From: Squalus acanthias | Taxonomy: Eukaryota | Direction of reading: 5' to 3' | Length of the DNA: 64,000 nucleotides | Assembly (NCBI GenBank): GCA_030390025.1 | Contig: CM059433.1 | Location: 2,728,001 to 2,792,000 of the forward strand | In this document: positions 14,400 through 27,300 of the stretch, in pieces | Layout: the number at the start of each line of letters is the position of its first letter | Position numbering within the stretch: position 1 is the first letter of the stretch | Made by a program: the position numbers and the translations under genes | The notes under the pieces: model-generated | Told to the model about the DNA's origin: nothing | Databases searched by the model: none | What the model saw: only the letters and a program-made list of their open reading frames with translations

Positions 14400-15270
14400 C
14401 AAAAGGTAGAATCTTGTACTTGAGAAGAAGGGAACTGCGATATTTTCCTGTGGCCTCTGTGCCTGGGTGCTTGGCTGATGGAATGACCTCAAAGTGCGCT
14501 CTATCTGCCAGACAGGCGGCAGGTGAAGTATAATACGGACAAATGTGACGTCGTCCATGTGGAGAAAAGGAATCTTGCAAGGAAGTGTCCCTTAAACCAC
14601 AAGGTTCTTAACAGAGTTGAGGAACTGAGAGGTTAGGGTGAAAATAAATGAAACTTTAAAAGATGGCACTGCAGGTAGAAAAGGCCATAAAATAGTCAAG
14701 TGGGATTCTGCATTTTATACGCAGGGGTATTGAATATAACAGCAAAGAAGTGATGCTGAATTTGTAGAAGACATTGGTTAGACCACAGCTGGAGTGTTGT
14801 GTGCAGTTCTGGGCACCCCATTGTAGGAAGAATATTAGACCCATGGAAAGGGTGTAGCAAAAATTCACTAAAACCATAGAAGTTCATAGCATAGTAGGAG
14901 GTCATTTTGTCCATTGAGTCTATGCTGGGTCTTCCTCTGCCTTAACTACTTATTCAACCTTCCCTTAAAATATGCAATGGTCTCTGCCTCAACCACTCCA
15001 TATGGCAAAGCATTTTAAGTCCCAGTGATCTTCTGAGTAAAACATTTCTCCTAACCTTCCTCCTCAGTCTCTTAGTGACAATTTTAAATTGATCATCACT
15101 CATTGCTGACTCCCTAACAAGAGGGAATAGTCTTTCCCCATTCACTATATCAAATTCTTTCATAATTTTAAAAACCTCAATTAAATCTCATCTTAGCCTC
15201 CTCTGCTCCAGTAGAAATAGTCGTGGTATCTCAAGTCTTTCCTCGTAAATGTAGTTTGCTATTCCTGCCT
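14400..15270. mobile_element. Degraded CR1 fragments (plus-strand piece then minus-strand piece)
   Basis: LVRPQLECCVQFWAPH-like coding remnant on +, and CR1 C-terminal remnant (ERLFPLV) on -. Confidence 0.65.
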
Positions 15271-15276
15271 TTGTTT

Positions 15277-15916
15277 TGGACCAGCCACATAAATACTGTG
15301 GCAACAAGAGCAGGTCAGAGGCTGGGTATTCTGTGGCGAGTGTCTCACCTCCTGACTCCCCAAAGACTTTCCACCATCTACAAGGCACAAGTCAGGAGTG
15401 TGATGGAATACTCTCCACTTGCCTGGATGAGTGCAGCTCCAACAACACTCAAGAAGCTCGACACCATCCTGGTCAAATCAGCCCGCTTGATTGGCACCCC
15501 ATCCACCACCTTAAACATTCACTCCCTCCATCACCGGTGTACCGTGGCTGCAGTGTGTACCATCTACAAGATGCACTGCAGCAACTCGCCAAGGCTTCTT
15601 CGGCAGCACCTCCCAAACCTGCGACCTCTACCACCTAGAAGGACAAGGGCAGCAGGCGCATGGGAACACCACCACCTCCAAGTTCCCCTCCAAGTCACAC
15701 ACCATCCTGACTTGGAAATATATCGCCGATCCTTCATCGTTGCTGGGTCAAAATCCTGGAACTCCCTCCCTAGCAGCACTGTGGGAGTACCTTCACCACA
15801 CGGACTGCAGTGGTTCAAGAAGGCAGCTCACCACCCCCTTCTCAAGGGCAATTAGGGATGGGCAATAAATGCTGGCCTTGCCAGCGACACCCACATCCTG
15901 TGAATGAATAAAAAAA
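15277..15916 (+). mobile_element. Family-B LINE 3' fragment
   Basis: Near-identical to 9450-10084. Confidence 0.9.
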
Positions 15917-15944
15917 TAACAGTGTACGTTCTCTATGTGATTAA

Positions 15945-16090
15945 ATTTCCACGGGGCTTCTCCCGATCGTCCGCCATAACTTTGGCGGAAGATCTGCAGA
16001 AATCCTGAAACACGGTCAAGTACACCATTTCTCTAGGGTTTCTGCAGATCTTCTGCCAAAGCTACAGTGGAAGATTGGGAGAACCCCCAT
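15945..16090. mobile_element. Small palindromic MITE
   Basis: Long imperfect inverted repeat (ttctcccgatc...ctttggcggaagatctgcagaaa / tttctgcagatcttctgccaaag...gattgggagaa). Similar hairpins occur at ~11655-11810 and ~16960-17125. Confidence 0.6.
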
Positions 16091-16464
16091 TCTATAACTT
16101 TAATGTCCTTTCCATAATGGGGTGCACACAGTATTCTAATTGTGGCCTAACCAATGTTTTGTACAAATTTATCATGCCTTCTCTACTCTTGTACTCTTGT
16201 ACTCTATACCCCTATGTATAAATCCTCAAATATTGTTGGTCTTTTTATGGCTTATATATATACATATATATTTGAATGATGCCAGGAATGAGAGGTTATA
16301 GTTATGAAGATAGGCTTGAAAAATTGGGACTTCTTTCACTGGAACGGAGAAGAGTAAGTGGGGATCTAATAGAGTTTTCAGGATTATGAAAGATTTTGAG
16401 GGGGAAAATGGTGAAAGATTGTTTCCACTGATTGGCAAATCAATAATAAGGAAGCATACAATCA

Positions 16465-16865
16465 ACAACAACTTGTATTTATATAGCGCCTTTAATATAG
16501 TAAAAGGCGCCGCACAGGAGGATTATAAGACGAAAAATTTGACACCGAGCCACATAAGGAGAAATTAGGGCAGGTGACCAAAAGCTTGGTCAAAGAAGTA
16601 GGTTTTAAGGAGTGCCTTAAAGGAGGAAAGAGAGGTAGCGAGGTGGAGAGGTTTCAGCAGGGAATTCCAGAGCTTAGGGCCCAGGCAGCAGAAGGCACGG
16701 CCACCAATGGTTGAGCAATTATAATCAGGGATGTTCAAGAGGGCAGAATTTGAGGAGTGCAGATATCTCAGGGGGGTCGTGGGGCTGAGGAGATTACAGA
16801 GATAGGGAGGGGCGAGGCCATGGAGGGATTTGAAAACACGGATGAGAATTTTGAAATCGAGGCGT
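16465..16865 (-). mobile_element. L2 LINE 3' end inserted in a degraded CR1
   Basis: ORF 16565-16900 has L2 C-terminal motifs (FKILI..FKSLHGLAPPYL, GGRAF...PKLWNSL, FKALLKTYFF), then the tail gcgctatataaatacaagttgttgttg. Confidence 0.85.
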
Positions 16866-17324
16866 ATCCGAAATAAAGGGGTGAGATGAAAGGTTTTCAC
16901 ACAGAGGGTTATTCACCCATGGAGTGCTTCACAAGTTGCCATTCAGACAGGGACTATGGGCTAGATTTTCAACTCATCAGCCAGTCATAAAACTGCCATT
17001 ACAGCTTGGCTTCCTGTTATAGAAACCCCGAAATTTAATTTCCATTGTAGGATTGAATCAGATGGTTTCTATAATGTATGGCTGATCCACGATGCCAGGG
17101 CAGCAAGTTGAAAATCTACCCCTTTAACGTTATTTAAAAGGGAATTGGATAAATATTTGAAAAGGAAGAATATTAAAAATATACAGAGAAAGTCCAGAGA
17201 TATTGAATTAGGGTAGCTCTTCCGTTAAAAGGCTGACATTGGCACAGTCACAATGGTTTGAACAGCCTCCTTCTGTGCTGTAATTCGATAATTCTATGAA
17301 TTAAACATCAATCACATGTAATGC

Positions 17325-17780
17325 AAGAAAGACTTGCATTTATATAGCGCCTTTCACGACCGCCGGACGTCTCGAAGCGCTTTACAGCCAATGAAGTACT
17401 TTTTGAAGTGTAGTCACTGTTGTCATGTGGGAGCCAATCTGCGCACAGCAAGCTCCCACAAACAGCAGCGTGATAATGGCCAGAGAATCTGTTTTTGTTA
17501 TGTTGGTTGAGGGATAAATATTGGCCCCAGGACCCCGGGGATAACTCCCCTGCTCTTCTTCAAAATAGTGCCATGGGATCTTTTACGTCCACCTGAGAAA
17601 ACAGACAGGGCCTCGGTTTAATGTCTCATCTGAAAGACGGCACCTCCGACAGTGCAGCACTCCCACAGCACTGCACTGGAGTTTCAGCCTAGCTTTATGT
17701 GCTCAAGTCCCTGGGGTGGGATTTCAACCCACAACCTTCTGACTCAGATGTGAGTGTGCTGCCCACTGAGCCACAGCTGA
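17325..17780 (-). mobile_element. tRNA-derived SINE with L2-type tail (DeuSINE/SacSINE-like)
   Basis: Reverse-complement match to 35960-36430; tRNA-like head; the tail shares gcgctatataaatgcaag with the L2. Confidence 0.8.
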
Positions 17781-18511
17781 CACTACAGTGTAACTTGATA
17801 TGGAGGTCAACATTTGCCAGCTTTAGAAAGCCAGCATCTAAGATGTATAGCTGCGAAAATAAAGCCAGAGACATCGCATCCAATCCAGATCCTTCACTTG
17901 GCGTTAACAAAAATGGCTGCAGTTATCCAAAGTACCACCTAAATCACACACATGATTATGTTATCCAAAGAGGGCCAGAAGTCCTCACTTCAACTCCTCC
18001 CACCTCAGAGCCAGGGAGTTGGTGCGCAGAGTAGTTTATTGATTTGTACAGTCTGCCTGCACAATGGCTGAAGTTCTTGCATCAGAGCAAGCAAGCAAAT
18101 TGAGCAGGTTGTTCTTCTGAATCTACAACTAACTATCCTCATCGAGGTAGTCAGGGATTGTGTCAGGTCGACAGTCCTCTCTGCCGTTCACTGATATCAA
18201 ACCTGGTGGCATTGTGTGGGCAATCTCGAGTGCCACTCGGGATAATGTAGTAGCTTAACTCAATAACTACAAGTTGCATTTGTGTAATGCCTTTCATGTA
18301 ATCAAACAGCCCAAGGCACTTCACATATGAAATGGACTGGGAGGTAGAGGAGAGTCGGCTAAAGGCAGAGAGATTTTCTTTATGGTGATGGTTTCCAGGG
18401 CACTTGATTTACCAAACTGGGCATCCAATAGATATTAGTTACAGCTTTCAATAAATAGTAATGTGTATATTTTCTTCCTACCCTCTTTTCCTTTCCTGAC
18501 TCATGCACTGG

Positions 18512-19176
18512 CATAAGAACATAAGAACATAAGAAATAGGAGCAGGAGTCGGCCATTCGGCCCTTCGAGCCTGCTCCGCCATTTAATGAGATCATGGCTG
18601 ATCTTCTGCCTCAACTCCATTCACCGGCCCTATCGCCATATCCCTTGTTGCCCTTACTAGTCAGAAATCTATCGACTTCTGTTTTGAATATACCCAATGA
18701 CTGAGCCTCCACAGCCCTCTGGGGTAGAGAATTCCAAAGATTCACCACCCTCTGTGTGAAGAAATTTCTTCTCATCTCAGTCCTGAGTGGCCTACCCTTT
18801 ATCCTGAGGCTGTGGTCCCTGGTTCTAGACTTCCCAGCCAAGGGAAACATTCTCCCAGCATCCATCCTATCAAGCCCTGTAATAATGTTGTATGCTTCAA
18901 TGAGATCCCCTCTCATTCTTCTGAATTCAAGAGAATACAGGCCTCGTTTACTCAATCTCTTCCCATACGACAATCCCGCCATCCCAGGAATCAATCTCGT
19001 GAACCTTCATTGCACTCCCTCTATGGCAAGTATATCCTTCCTCAGGTAAGGAGACCAAAATTGTACACGGTACTCCAGGTGTGGTCTCATCAAGGCCCTA
19101 TATAATTGGAGTAAGACTTCTTTACTCCTGTACTCAAATCCTCTTGTAATGAAGGCCAGCATACCATTTGCCTTCC
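18512..19176 (-). mobile_element. CR1 LINE 3' fragment
   Basis: ORF 18611-18994 is a CR1 ORF2 C-terminus with a (tatgttct)n tail, nearly the same subfamily as 51170-51820. Confidence 0.9.
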
Positions 19177-19625
19177 TCACTCATTCAAGTAGCCGTTGGA
19201 TAGTTAGTGCTGACAGGCAATTTGACTGTGGAGAGCTACACAGTCAAGCCTGATTCTTTTCTTTTACAGATATGTGGAACTTTCATCATTTGTTTTGTAT
19301 TCTCTGGATCCTGCATTCTTTAATATGTGCTTACCTTGTTCCAACTGATAATTAGTAATTTTTTTGTATGGAGTGAAATTTCAAATCATGCTAAAACTGT
19401 TAGCACGCCATGTAAAACCAAAGGTACAATAGAAAAGGATTCTGGATCGTTTTAAAAAATATCATCCGTTGTTTAGTCTACCACAAAACATTGGGTATTG
19501 TGACATTGTGAAGGATAATGAAACTTTGTGGTTGTTTAACTCACAGCAGATTCCTACTTAGTATTTGTTTTAAAGTGACAAAACAATAATGTGGGAGCTG
19601 TAACAGATAATGTTCAGTATGCTCA

Positions 19626-21240
19626 TGTAAGGGATTCTGACCCTGCGTGTCTCGCAGCCTGTGAGATTCACGCGGCTCTGTGCAGCCTGTATGTCAGTGC
19701 GGGTCTAGGCCTTGTTGCCTGTTCTGGTCTCCAGCCAGTCTGGGAACACTAGACACACCTGTGAGTGGTTCGAATCACTCGCCCTTACGGTTCTAGACAC
19801 TGGACTTAGATGCGAGAGCAGTAATGGAGATGAAACTCATGTAGACTCGGTTGAATGGTACGAAATGGAAAATCTTTATTGCATGATACTTAAGATTATG
19901 AAATACATGTCATAAGCACAGATTAATGACAGTACAATCTTACAAGCAGTTATATAGTCGATCTTAGGGAAACGAGGAACGAACGGCACATAGTAAATAG
20001 GGGCACACATTACAAATATCCTTAATCCTTAAACCCTCCCCTATCAATATCTATCCTAAACTAGATTCGTAGGATTTCGAGACTCATGCTCACCACTCGT
20101 GATAACTCGGAGAAATTCCGAATAGCTGATCGGATGTTTTTCACCGCAGCACCCATGTGTCGGTCAGGAGATCTCCTGGTCCCACTTGTTTACTTGCTTC
20201 TGCTGCTCCGGCTAGCAGGCTGGAACGTCTGCTGTGATGAAGACCTGTGTTGGTTGGTTTAACAGGTACTTTTCGAGCACAGTTGTCAATATCATCGATA
20301 CGATATGTTTCTTTGCAAGTTCGAAGAAGTCTTCCTGGCAAGGAAAACTTGGCTAATCGACCTACAGGCGCGGTCGGGATTTACTGACCGTGGCGATGGA
20401 TATGGTCTTCCTGTCTTCTCATCTCATCTCATCTCCTCTCATCTCATCTCGAGCCTTTGGTTCCGCTGCCAGTTACCAACATAGGTCTTCGTTACGCGAC
20501 ACGAGGTAGATCCGAACGGATCAGAAAGTTCAACAGTCCTTTTCAAAGAGGCAACAGGCAAGCAGGAGCCCAACTACGAGTACACAGGAGCAGCCACGAT
20601 GATAAGAGAAAGATGGACGGTTTGGAGCCTGCAATTATAGTGCAAAATCTTCCGTTTCCCGCCCAACTATAATGTCCATTCTTTTGTTTAGGGTCTGGCG
20701 CTCAAATGTCTTGTATGGGTGATCTCCGTTCTTAATGGGTTTCGGGGCTACTCGTAAATGTCTGAGTACCTGTTAATATTTCTCCCATTGTTAAATCGGT
20801 CGGTGTTTTCCCTGGAGGGGTTGTGGGGCTTCCAAGTTTTTTGTATAACTACCTGCTAACAGCTCTCTCATCGTAGAGTCGTTGGGATTTTACATATTAA
20901 TGTCTTTTGGATGGGCCCTTGATTACTCGGTACAATGGCTTTCATTTGTACCTGGGAGACCGATTTCAGTATTTATGTGTATACTGCAAACCCATAATGT
21001 CTCGTGTATTATCTTCACTGTGCTGAATCTTAATCGATCTTGCACAAATGTTTATTGGAACGCCATCTTGTCTGCCTGTTGAAAAGTCTAGAATGTTCTG
21101 TCACGAGGTGCGGCGGCCATTTTACAGGCTGCTTGTGTCCACTTTAAACCTGGCAGCATTCTGCTGAAATAAAAGCTGTTTGAACGAAACTCTGTGTTTT
21201 CTCCTTATTAATAAAATCGCGATATATTGCGAATTCTACA
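19626..21240 (-). repeat. 3' LTR of provirus
   Basis: Direct repeat of 30648-32262; I counted about 7 substitutions by eye. Minus-strand AATAAA at 19875-19880. Confidence 0.97.
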
Positions 21241-21252
21241 GTCCCTCCTGTT
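21241..21252 (-). promoter_or_regulatory. Polypurine tract (short)
   Basis: Minus strand AACAGGAGGGAC immediately precedes the TGTAG start of the 3' LTR. Confidence 0.65.
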
Positions 21253-21692
21253 GATGCGAATAACTCCGCTTATCGTATCAAAAATCATAGTGGTGAGCAA
21301 TATTATCTCGATTTTCCTCCGAATCCAGCAAATTAATCCCATAACTTTAACCTAGCTAGGGTCTCTGTGTCGTCCTTATTTCCCAAGAAAATTACATTTT
21401 TTATCACCGTAGGCATTATTTGCCCTTAAACTTACACCACTTGTTTTCCTTCCCGGCGTAACCAGGCCGATGCCTCTCGTATCACCTGTATATTCATCTT
21501 TTATTCAGGGAAAGGAAAAACAAAACTCAAAACCAAAACAATCAATTCTAACTGTAACACCATCACCAAAATAATCAACACCAACTCTTAAAACATGTCA
21601 AGTTCCCAACGTATTTACAATCTCTGAAAAATCATGATCGAGTACAAACTTCCGCGACGCACGTGGCGAGCGGGAGTGACGCCATTTTCCGA

Positions 21693-24044
21693 TTACACGG
21701 TGCTTTCATCGTGCACGCGCACGTAACGTTCTCGCCACTCTCCCGTGTTTTCATGCTTGGTGAGGCGCTTGTCTCTTTTACAATGTACGACCAATAGGTA
21801 CACTACAATGAAAACTTGGCATACGACTAAAATGTGGGAGGCTATTCTGATCCATGAAGGCACTTCAATATTAGTGAACAGATTCCACCACGGTGGAATC
21901 ACTATATCCAGAATGTCTGTTCCTATTTCGACAGTTTTCTGCTCTAATGTGTAAAAATGTTTCTGTGATACCGCGACGGCTTTTAAAAGCTTGGTGAGGT
22001 GTTCAGGGAGAGGGGGAATGAGGTATCCGAAATGCGCGACGAATCGCTGCAAGTCGGTGAAATTCTCTTTTACTGTGAGATGAACAGTGGATGGTTCAGG
22101 GATTGGGATAATTCGCTGTTGTGCTACTTGAACTTCCGCCCTGGGTTTAAAACAGAAACTGCTGTCACTCACCGGACACCGGCTACGGTTTCCATGCTGG
22201 TAGTGTTGCGCTGCAGTGGTAACACAATATGTTCCACCCCCGATGTATGCTACCTGCGGAGGCACATGATCTTGTGCCATTGCCTCCATGGTGCAATTCA
22301 TGGACTTTGCGCCAGTCGTTCTGAACCCGCACTGTGGTGTTAAAAAGGCATTCAAGTGCTGGGGGCACAGTATTATGTGTGCTCCCCTGCCACGACAACC
22401 AGAGAGATCTGTACCTGTCATCGTTTGCTCCCAGCGGATGACGTAAGGTGGAACCGCTGCATAACGAATGTGGGCTCCCCCCTGAATGACACCAATGTTC
22501 TCTACCCGATACACCGGGGCGGGCTTTGCTGTGTCGCCCAAAACCGGCATGCGTAATACTATTCCCATAATAGTATGGTTTGAACGTCCGCAGTCCACGG
22601 GGACTGGGTAAGCTTCTGAAGCTAGCCTGAGCTGGCACGGACTTAATGCGTTCTGAAAAGGGTGGAGCGCCCGCAGGTGTTTGTTACTTATCCAGGACGG
22701 AACCAAACCTTGTTTTAAATCCTCCAAATTACTGCGGCCCTCGCCCAGTAACCACGCCCCGTAAAGCACGCACACCTCGTTCTGCGCAGCTTGATCGGAT
22801 GCATTCCGATCTTCCCTAATCAGGGCATTTACCGTCTTTGCATGTTTCTCCAACTCTGCTATAATTTCCTTTAAATGGAGAGTCATGGCTTGGTCCTCGT
22901 GTAGACCCGACCCTACCACCTTATTCTCATCTGTTAGAATGTCTTTTAATTGTGTCTTTAAACCATTAACCTGGGTCTGCAGCTCCACGTTGTCTAGAGC
23001 GTTGACCACAGATGTTCCTGTATTAAAAGCGGTGAACATGTCGTTCACAACACCCCTTCTTTGTCTCCCCACCTGACCCAAAACTTCCTGTGGTGCGGTG
23101 TACAAACTTGTTTTATCAATTTCCGCGAAATCGAATTCGTAAAATTGCCTGAACATCTTGGTCAATAGGACCTGATACAACTGTTCCGTCTTTTTGGGGC
23201 ACCACTCTGGTAACCGCACCTCGGTGAGATTTAAAATCACCGAGGCCACCGCGTAATGTACCCCCTGAAATAGTATCTGGTCTGTGGGGACCAGTACCAA
23301 ACCATTCCCGGGTCCCTTACTAGTTTTAGGGCACCCTTCTTCCTCAGCTAGAACCACCGGAATCGTGGGCGGGGCTTTGCGTGGACGCGTAATGAGCTCA
23401 GTGGCATTTACTGGGATCGGGGAGAATGGGGCTCCGCACCCCCTGGTGCTCGCATCCCACCTCATCCCCTGTCCGTTATCCTGCCATTGATTAATGAAAA
23501 ATATGGAGATGCCTTTGGGGCAAACGTACTTTGACCCCCACATACATACTTAAATTCCCTCATCCGGTTCCCACCATTTGTCCCAACAGACTTTCACTTG
23601 TCCGTTTGTCCCCGTAATTGTCCGATGGGTATTATTACCCAGTCGTTCCCACTCGACCGAAGAGTTCCTCATAGTTTTGCTCAGCTTTCGCAGCCACCAC
23701 CATCGGCTCAATGGGACATTCCCACTACAAGTCAAACAAATCCGTTTGCCGACGGTGACGCTGATCCTGGGTGCGATGATCCTTACTTTGGGGCACAGTA
23801 AAGAAGTCTCTTTGTAGGCAAACCCCGATGTGCTAGAATACTCCGTTGAGTTAGTTCCCAGCCATCCTGGCCACCTTCCCTTGTGGAAATAGGTGCTGGT
23901 CTCCTCTGCCTCCCGTCTTCCGGTCCCATCCACCGCGATGGGGGCCGTGTCCCCGGAACATCCAAACACCACGACATCCTTGGTGCGGCCTCGATAGGCC
24001 AATCCACATCCGATTGCCACGAGCAATACTAGAATTCGTTCCAT
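21693..24044 (-). pseudogene. env: Envelope glycoprotein: signal peptide + Ig-like domain + class I fusion protein (Mononegavirales F-like), one in-frame TAA at 23550-23552
   Basis: ORFs 23550-24203 and 21693-23543 are in the same frame. ATG 24044 starts a signal peptide (MERILVLLVAIGCGLA). The protein has a furin site RQRR (23055-23066), a fusion peptide plus heptad repeat, a Cys-rich region and a C-terminal TM helix (ILVVCQVFIVVYLLVV). Confidence 0.85.
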
Positions 24045-24057
24045 CCTTCCTTGGTTC

Positions 24058-24082
24058 CTGTGATCAGATAGAATGAGGTAGC
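24058..24082 (-). promoter_or_regulatory. Candidate env splice acceptor
   Basis: Minus strand ctacctcattctatctgatcacAG|gaaccaaggaaggATGG, 13 nt upstream of a strong-Kozak env ATG. Confidence 0.5.
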
Positions 24083-24334
24083 CAGCCTCGCAAGAGTCTC
24101 TGGCTTTTGTGAAGGGTGAGCGGGTCCCCTGACCTCGCCTCACGTAAACTTCAACGTTCGCTGAATAAACTTTAACTAAACCTATCTTTAAAGCTCCCAT
24201 CATTTTATCGTTTTCTGTTAAAAAACACTACAATCTTAACCTTATTAAAAAACCTATAAACTTAACCTTGAACTATAAACTTAAAACTTAAAACTAATAA
24301 CTTTACAGTGCCGCCCGTTCTCAGGGCGGCCCCT

Positions 24335-27300
24335 TTAAATTCTGAGAAGGCTGCTGCGAGCTCTTCCCGACGGTGGGAGGGCACTGACCCTTCCCTCTGA
24401 TCTGCCGCAGCCTGTTGCTGCTGCGATGTGGCCGGCCTGTATCTGGGTTATCTTAACCTTAACTCTACGCCTTGGGGCAGTCTGGGGACATGACCACATC
24501 CTCCTGGGCTGGGGTTCTCTACTTGACCTACGGGGAGTTGCTATGGGCGGGGGTTCCGTGATGGACGGACCGGGTTCCGAGACTTCCATCGGGATGACCT
24601 GGGGTTCCACCACAGTCGCTGGCTCCGCCTTCGCTGACCTCGCCTCCCTAACCTCGGGGCTTGCAGTTTGTGGCCCCGCCCTGCTTGGCCCAGCAGGCGG
24701 CCCTTCACTCGTGATCTCTGCCTCCCCCAAGGACGGGACGTTCAAAGCGGGCGGCCACATCTCTGGGAGCCACACCGGTACTCTCTGTGCTCCCATAGCG
24801 GCTGGCCCTGCCTCCCCTAGCTCCTCCCTCCTGTCTTCGGGACCTGCAGCTTGTGTGTCCACCCTGTGTGGATCTCTACCTGCAGCCCCCGTCCCCTCCA
24901 TATCGTAAAAGGGACCGTTCCTCCGAAACCACCCGTCGTCATCACTATCCTCATCTGCACTATCCTCATCTGACCCGGGTACCCTGAATTCTTCCTCATC
25001 TAACCCCCAATTCCAGAAAAACGCTGCATGATCGTCCGGGATGTCCCTTCCCCTGATGCAAGCTGCTATGCCTGCCTGTGTGCCTTGTGGTCCTACCTGG
25101 GGCTGTGCTTTCCCGTTGGCAGGATTTACCCCTGTAGTTTTCCCTTGCGCACCTGGCTGGTACAGTTTGCATTGGTTTATGTGGAACCACTTAGTGCGCC
25201 GAGGTACTTTTACGGCGTAAACCATGGGACTCGCCTTGTCTACAATGTTGTAGGGTCCCATATACAGTGGTTCCAGACTCCCTACTCTGGCGTAGTTTCT
25301 GACCATGACTTGGTCTCCTACTTCCCACTCCCGCGTTTTGCGGGGTTCCAGCAACAAGCGATTGCCCTGATGCTGCCTTCCCATGTTCCCAGCCGCCTGC
25401 TCATAAACCTGTTTCAGGCGCTCCAAGAGAGTCTGGGCGAACTTGTCCCTGCTTATCTCTTGGAGCTGACCCTCAGTGAGCACCGGTGCTAGCACATGGG
25501 TGGGGGTTCGCATGAGCCTCCCAGTCATTACCTCGTGCGGGGAGTACCCCGTACTTTTTGACTGACTGGCCCGGACCCCCATGAGGACTAAAGGCAGAAC
25601 TTCCGCCCATTTTTGGGGCGAGTTCCTAGTCTCTTTCCTCAATTTCTCCTTCAGGGTCCGGTTCATGCGTTCAACAATCCCGGATGACTGGGGATTGTGT
25701 GCTACGTGCCACTTCCCTTCAATGCCCAAAAGCATGAGGGTGTTCTGCATCACCTGGCCGGTGAAATGACTCCCTTGGTCTGACTCCACAAAACGGGGAA
25801 GTCCCCACCGCGAGAACACTTCCCGGACCAAGATTTTTGCTGTACCCAGTGCCGTAGCTGTTCGACAAGGGAAGGCTTCCACCCACTTGGAAAACACATC
25901 CACCAGGACGAGGCAATACTTATAACCTCCCTGGGTGGTGGGCAGGGGTCCTATATAGTCGATCTGTATCAACTGCCATGGTCCCTCTACCCTTCTTACG
26001 TGTCCCATGGGCACCTTCCTTTTCTGGGGGTCTGGGTTGTTTGCAGCGCACACAAGACAGTTTGCACAGAACTCGCGGACTTGTTCCCTGAGCCCTGGCC
26101 ACCATCCCGCTTGCTCTACCCGTTGCCAGGTAACCTCGGGCCCGGGGTGCCCTGCCCCTGGTCCCTCGTGAGCCAACTGGAGGAATTCCCTCCTGTGCTG
26201 CTGTGGCACAACCCACTGCTCCTCGCGGAACAGCATGCCTTCCTTAACTGAGAGGGTTGCCGTACTGTACGGACCTTCTACCTGCCTCCCCTCAGCAATG
26301 GTTTTTAGGACTGCTTTTAGGGCGGGATCCTGGGCTTGGACGGTCTTAAGGTCTAGGGGCAATGCTACCCTGGTGTTCCTGGGATTCCCGTCCCTGCCTC
26401 GGACCGCTGCTATGGGTCTGGTCCCATAGGGGTTCCAGAAAATGCCGTTGCGGGCACCTTCCCTGGCTAGCGCATCCGCCTGCTGGTTGCCCTCCCCACG
26501 GGGCTCTGTGGAGGAGTGAGCTTTCACCTTATGGATGAAAATCTCTCCTTCCTCCCCTACTGCTGCTGCTAAGATCTTTTCCAGCAAGGGCTTCACCGTT
26601 AAAGGTCGCCCGTCCGCGGAGGTGTATCCGCGGCGGGACCAAATGGCCAGGTATTCCGTACACGAATTGCAGGTGAACATACTGTCCGAGCAAATCGTGT
26701 ATGGGGTTGGGAAAATGTCTGGGTGGGTCACAACGTACACCACGGCAGACAGCTCAGCTTGCTGCGCGCTCATAGTGCTAGGGAGCTTGATCGCCAGGGC
26801 AAGGTCTGCCGCAGGGTCATAAACTCCACACCCTGTGAGTCGCTCGCCAGCAGATACTGTGCTAGACCCATCAACATAAATCTCGCGCCCAGTGGGATGT
26901 ATCCCGGCCCGTAAACCTATGTTGACGTCCCACACCCCTTCCACCGAACACCGGTGGGCTGTACCGGGGTATACCAAATTGGCCGCAAGCCTGGGCTCGC
27001 AAAGACCTTTTACTCTAAGATTCAACTGGGAGAGAAGAAGGGTCCAACGCGCAATGCGCGCGCTGCTTACGGTCCCGTCTTTAATCCTCCCATCCAGAAG
27101 CATCTTAGTTGGTGTGTGATGTGTGAGGAGAGTGATGGGAGAGAGCCCTGTGAAGATCGCTGATCTTTTCACAGCCCAATGCGTGGCTAAAAGGTGCCTT
27201 TCGCAATTGGAGAAACTTCTCTCCACATCCGTTAACACCCTGGATGAATAGACAACCGGCCTTAGCTTGCCGTGACGCTCTTGGAGCAGTACGGCGCTTA

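Noticed and set aside
19712..21082. Short ORFs in the LTR (repeated at 30734-32104)
   Set aside because: They are 66-71 aa with non-ATG starts and no motifs; they recur only because the LTR is duplicated.
23550..24203. Separate accessory gene between pol and env
   Set aside because: It is in frame with env and the stop falls on the conserved Tyr of an Ig motif, so it is better explained as the env 5' part.
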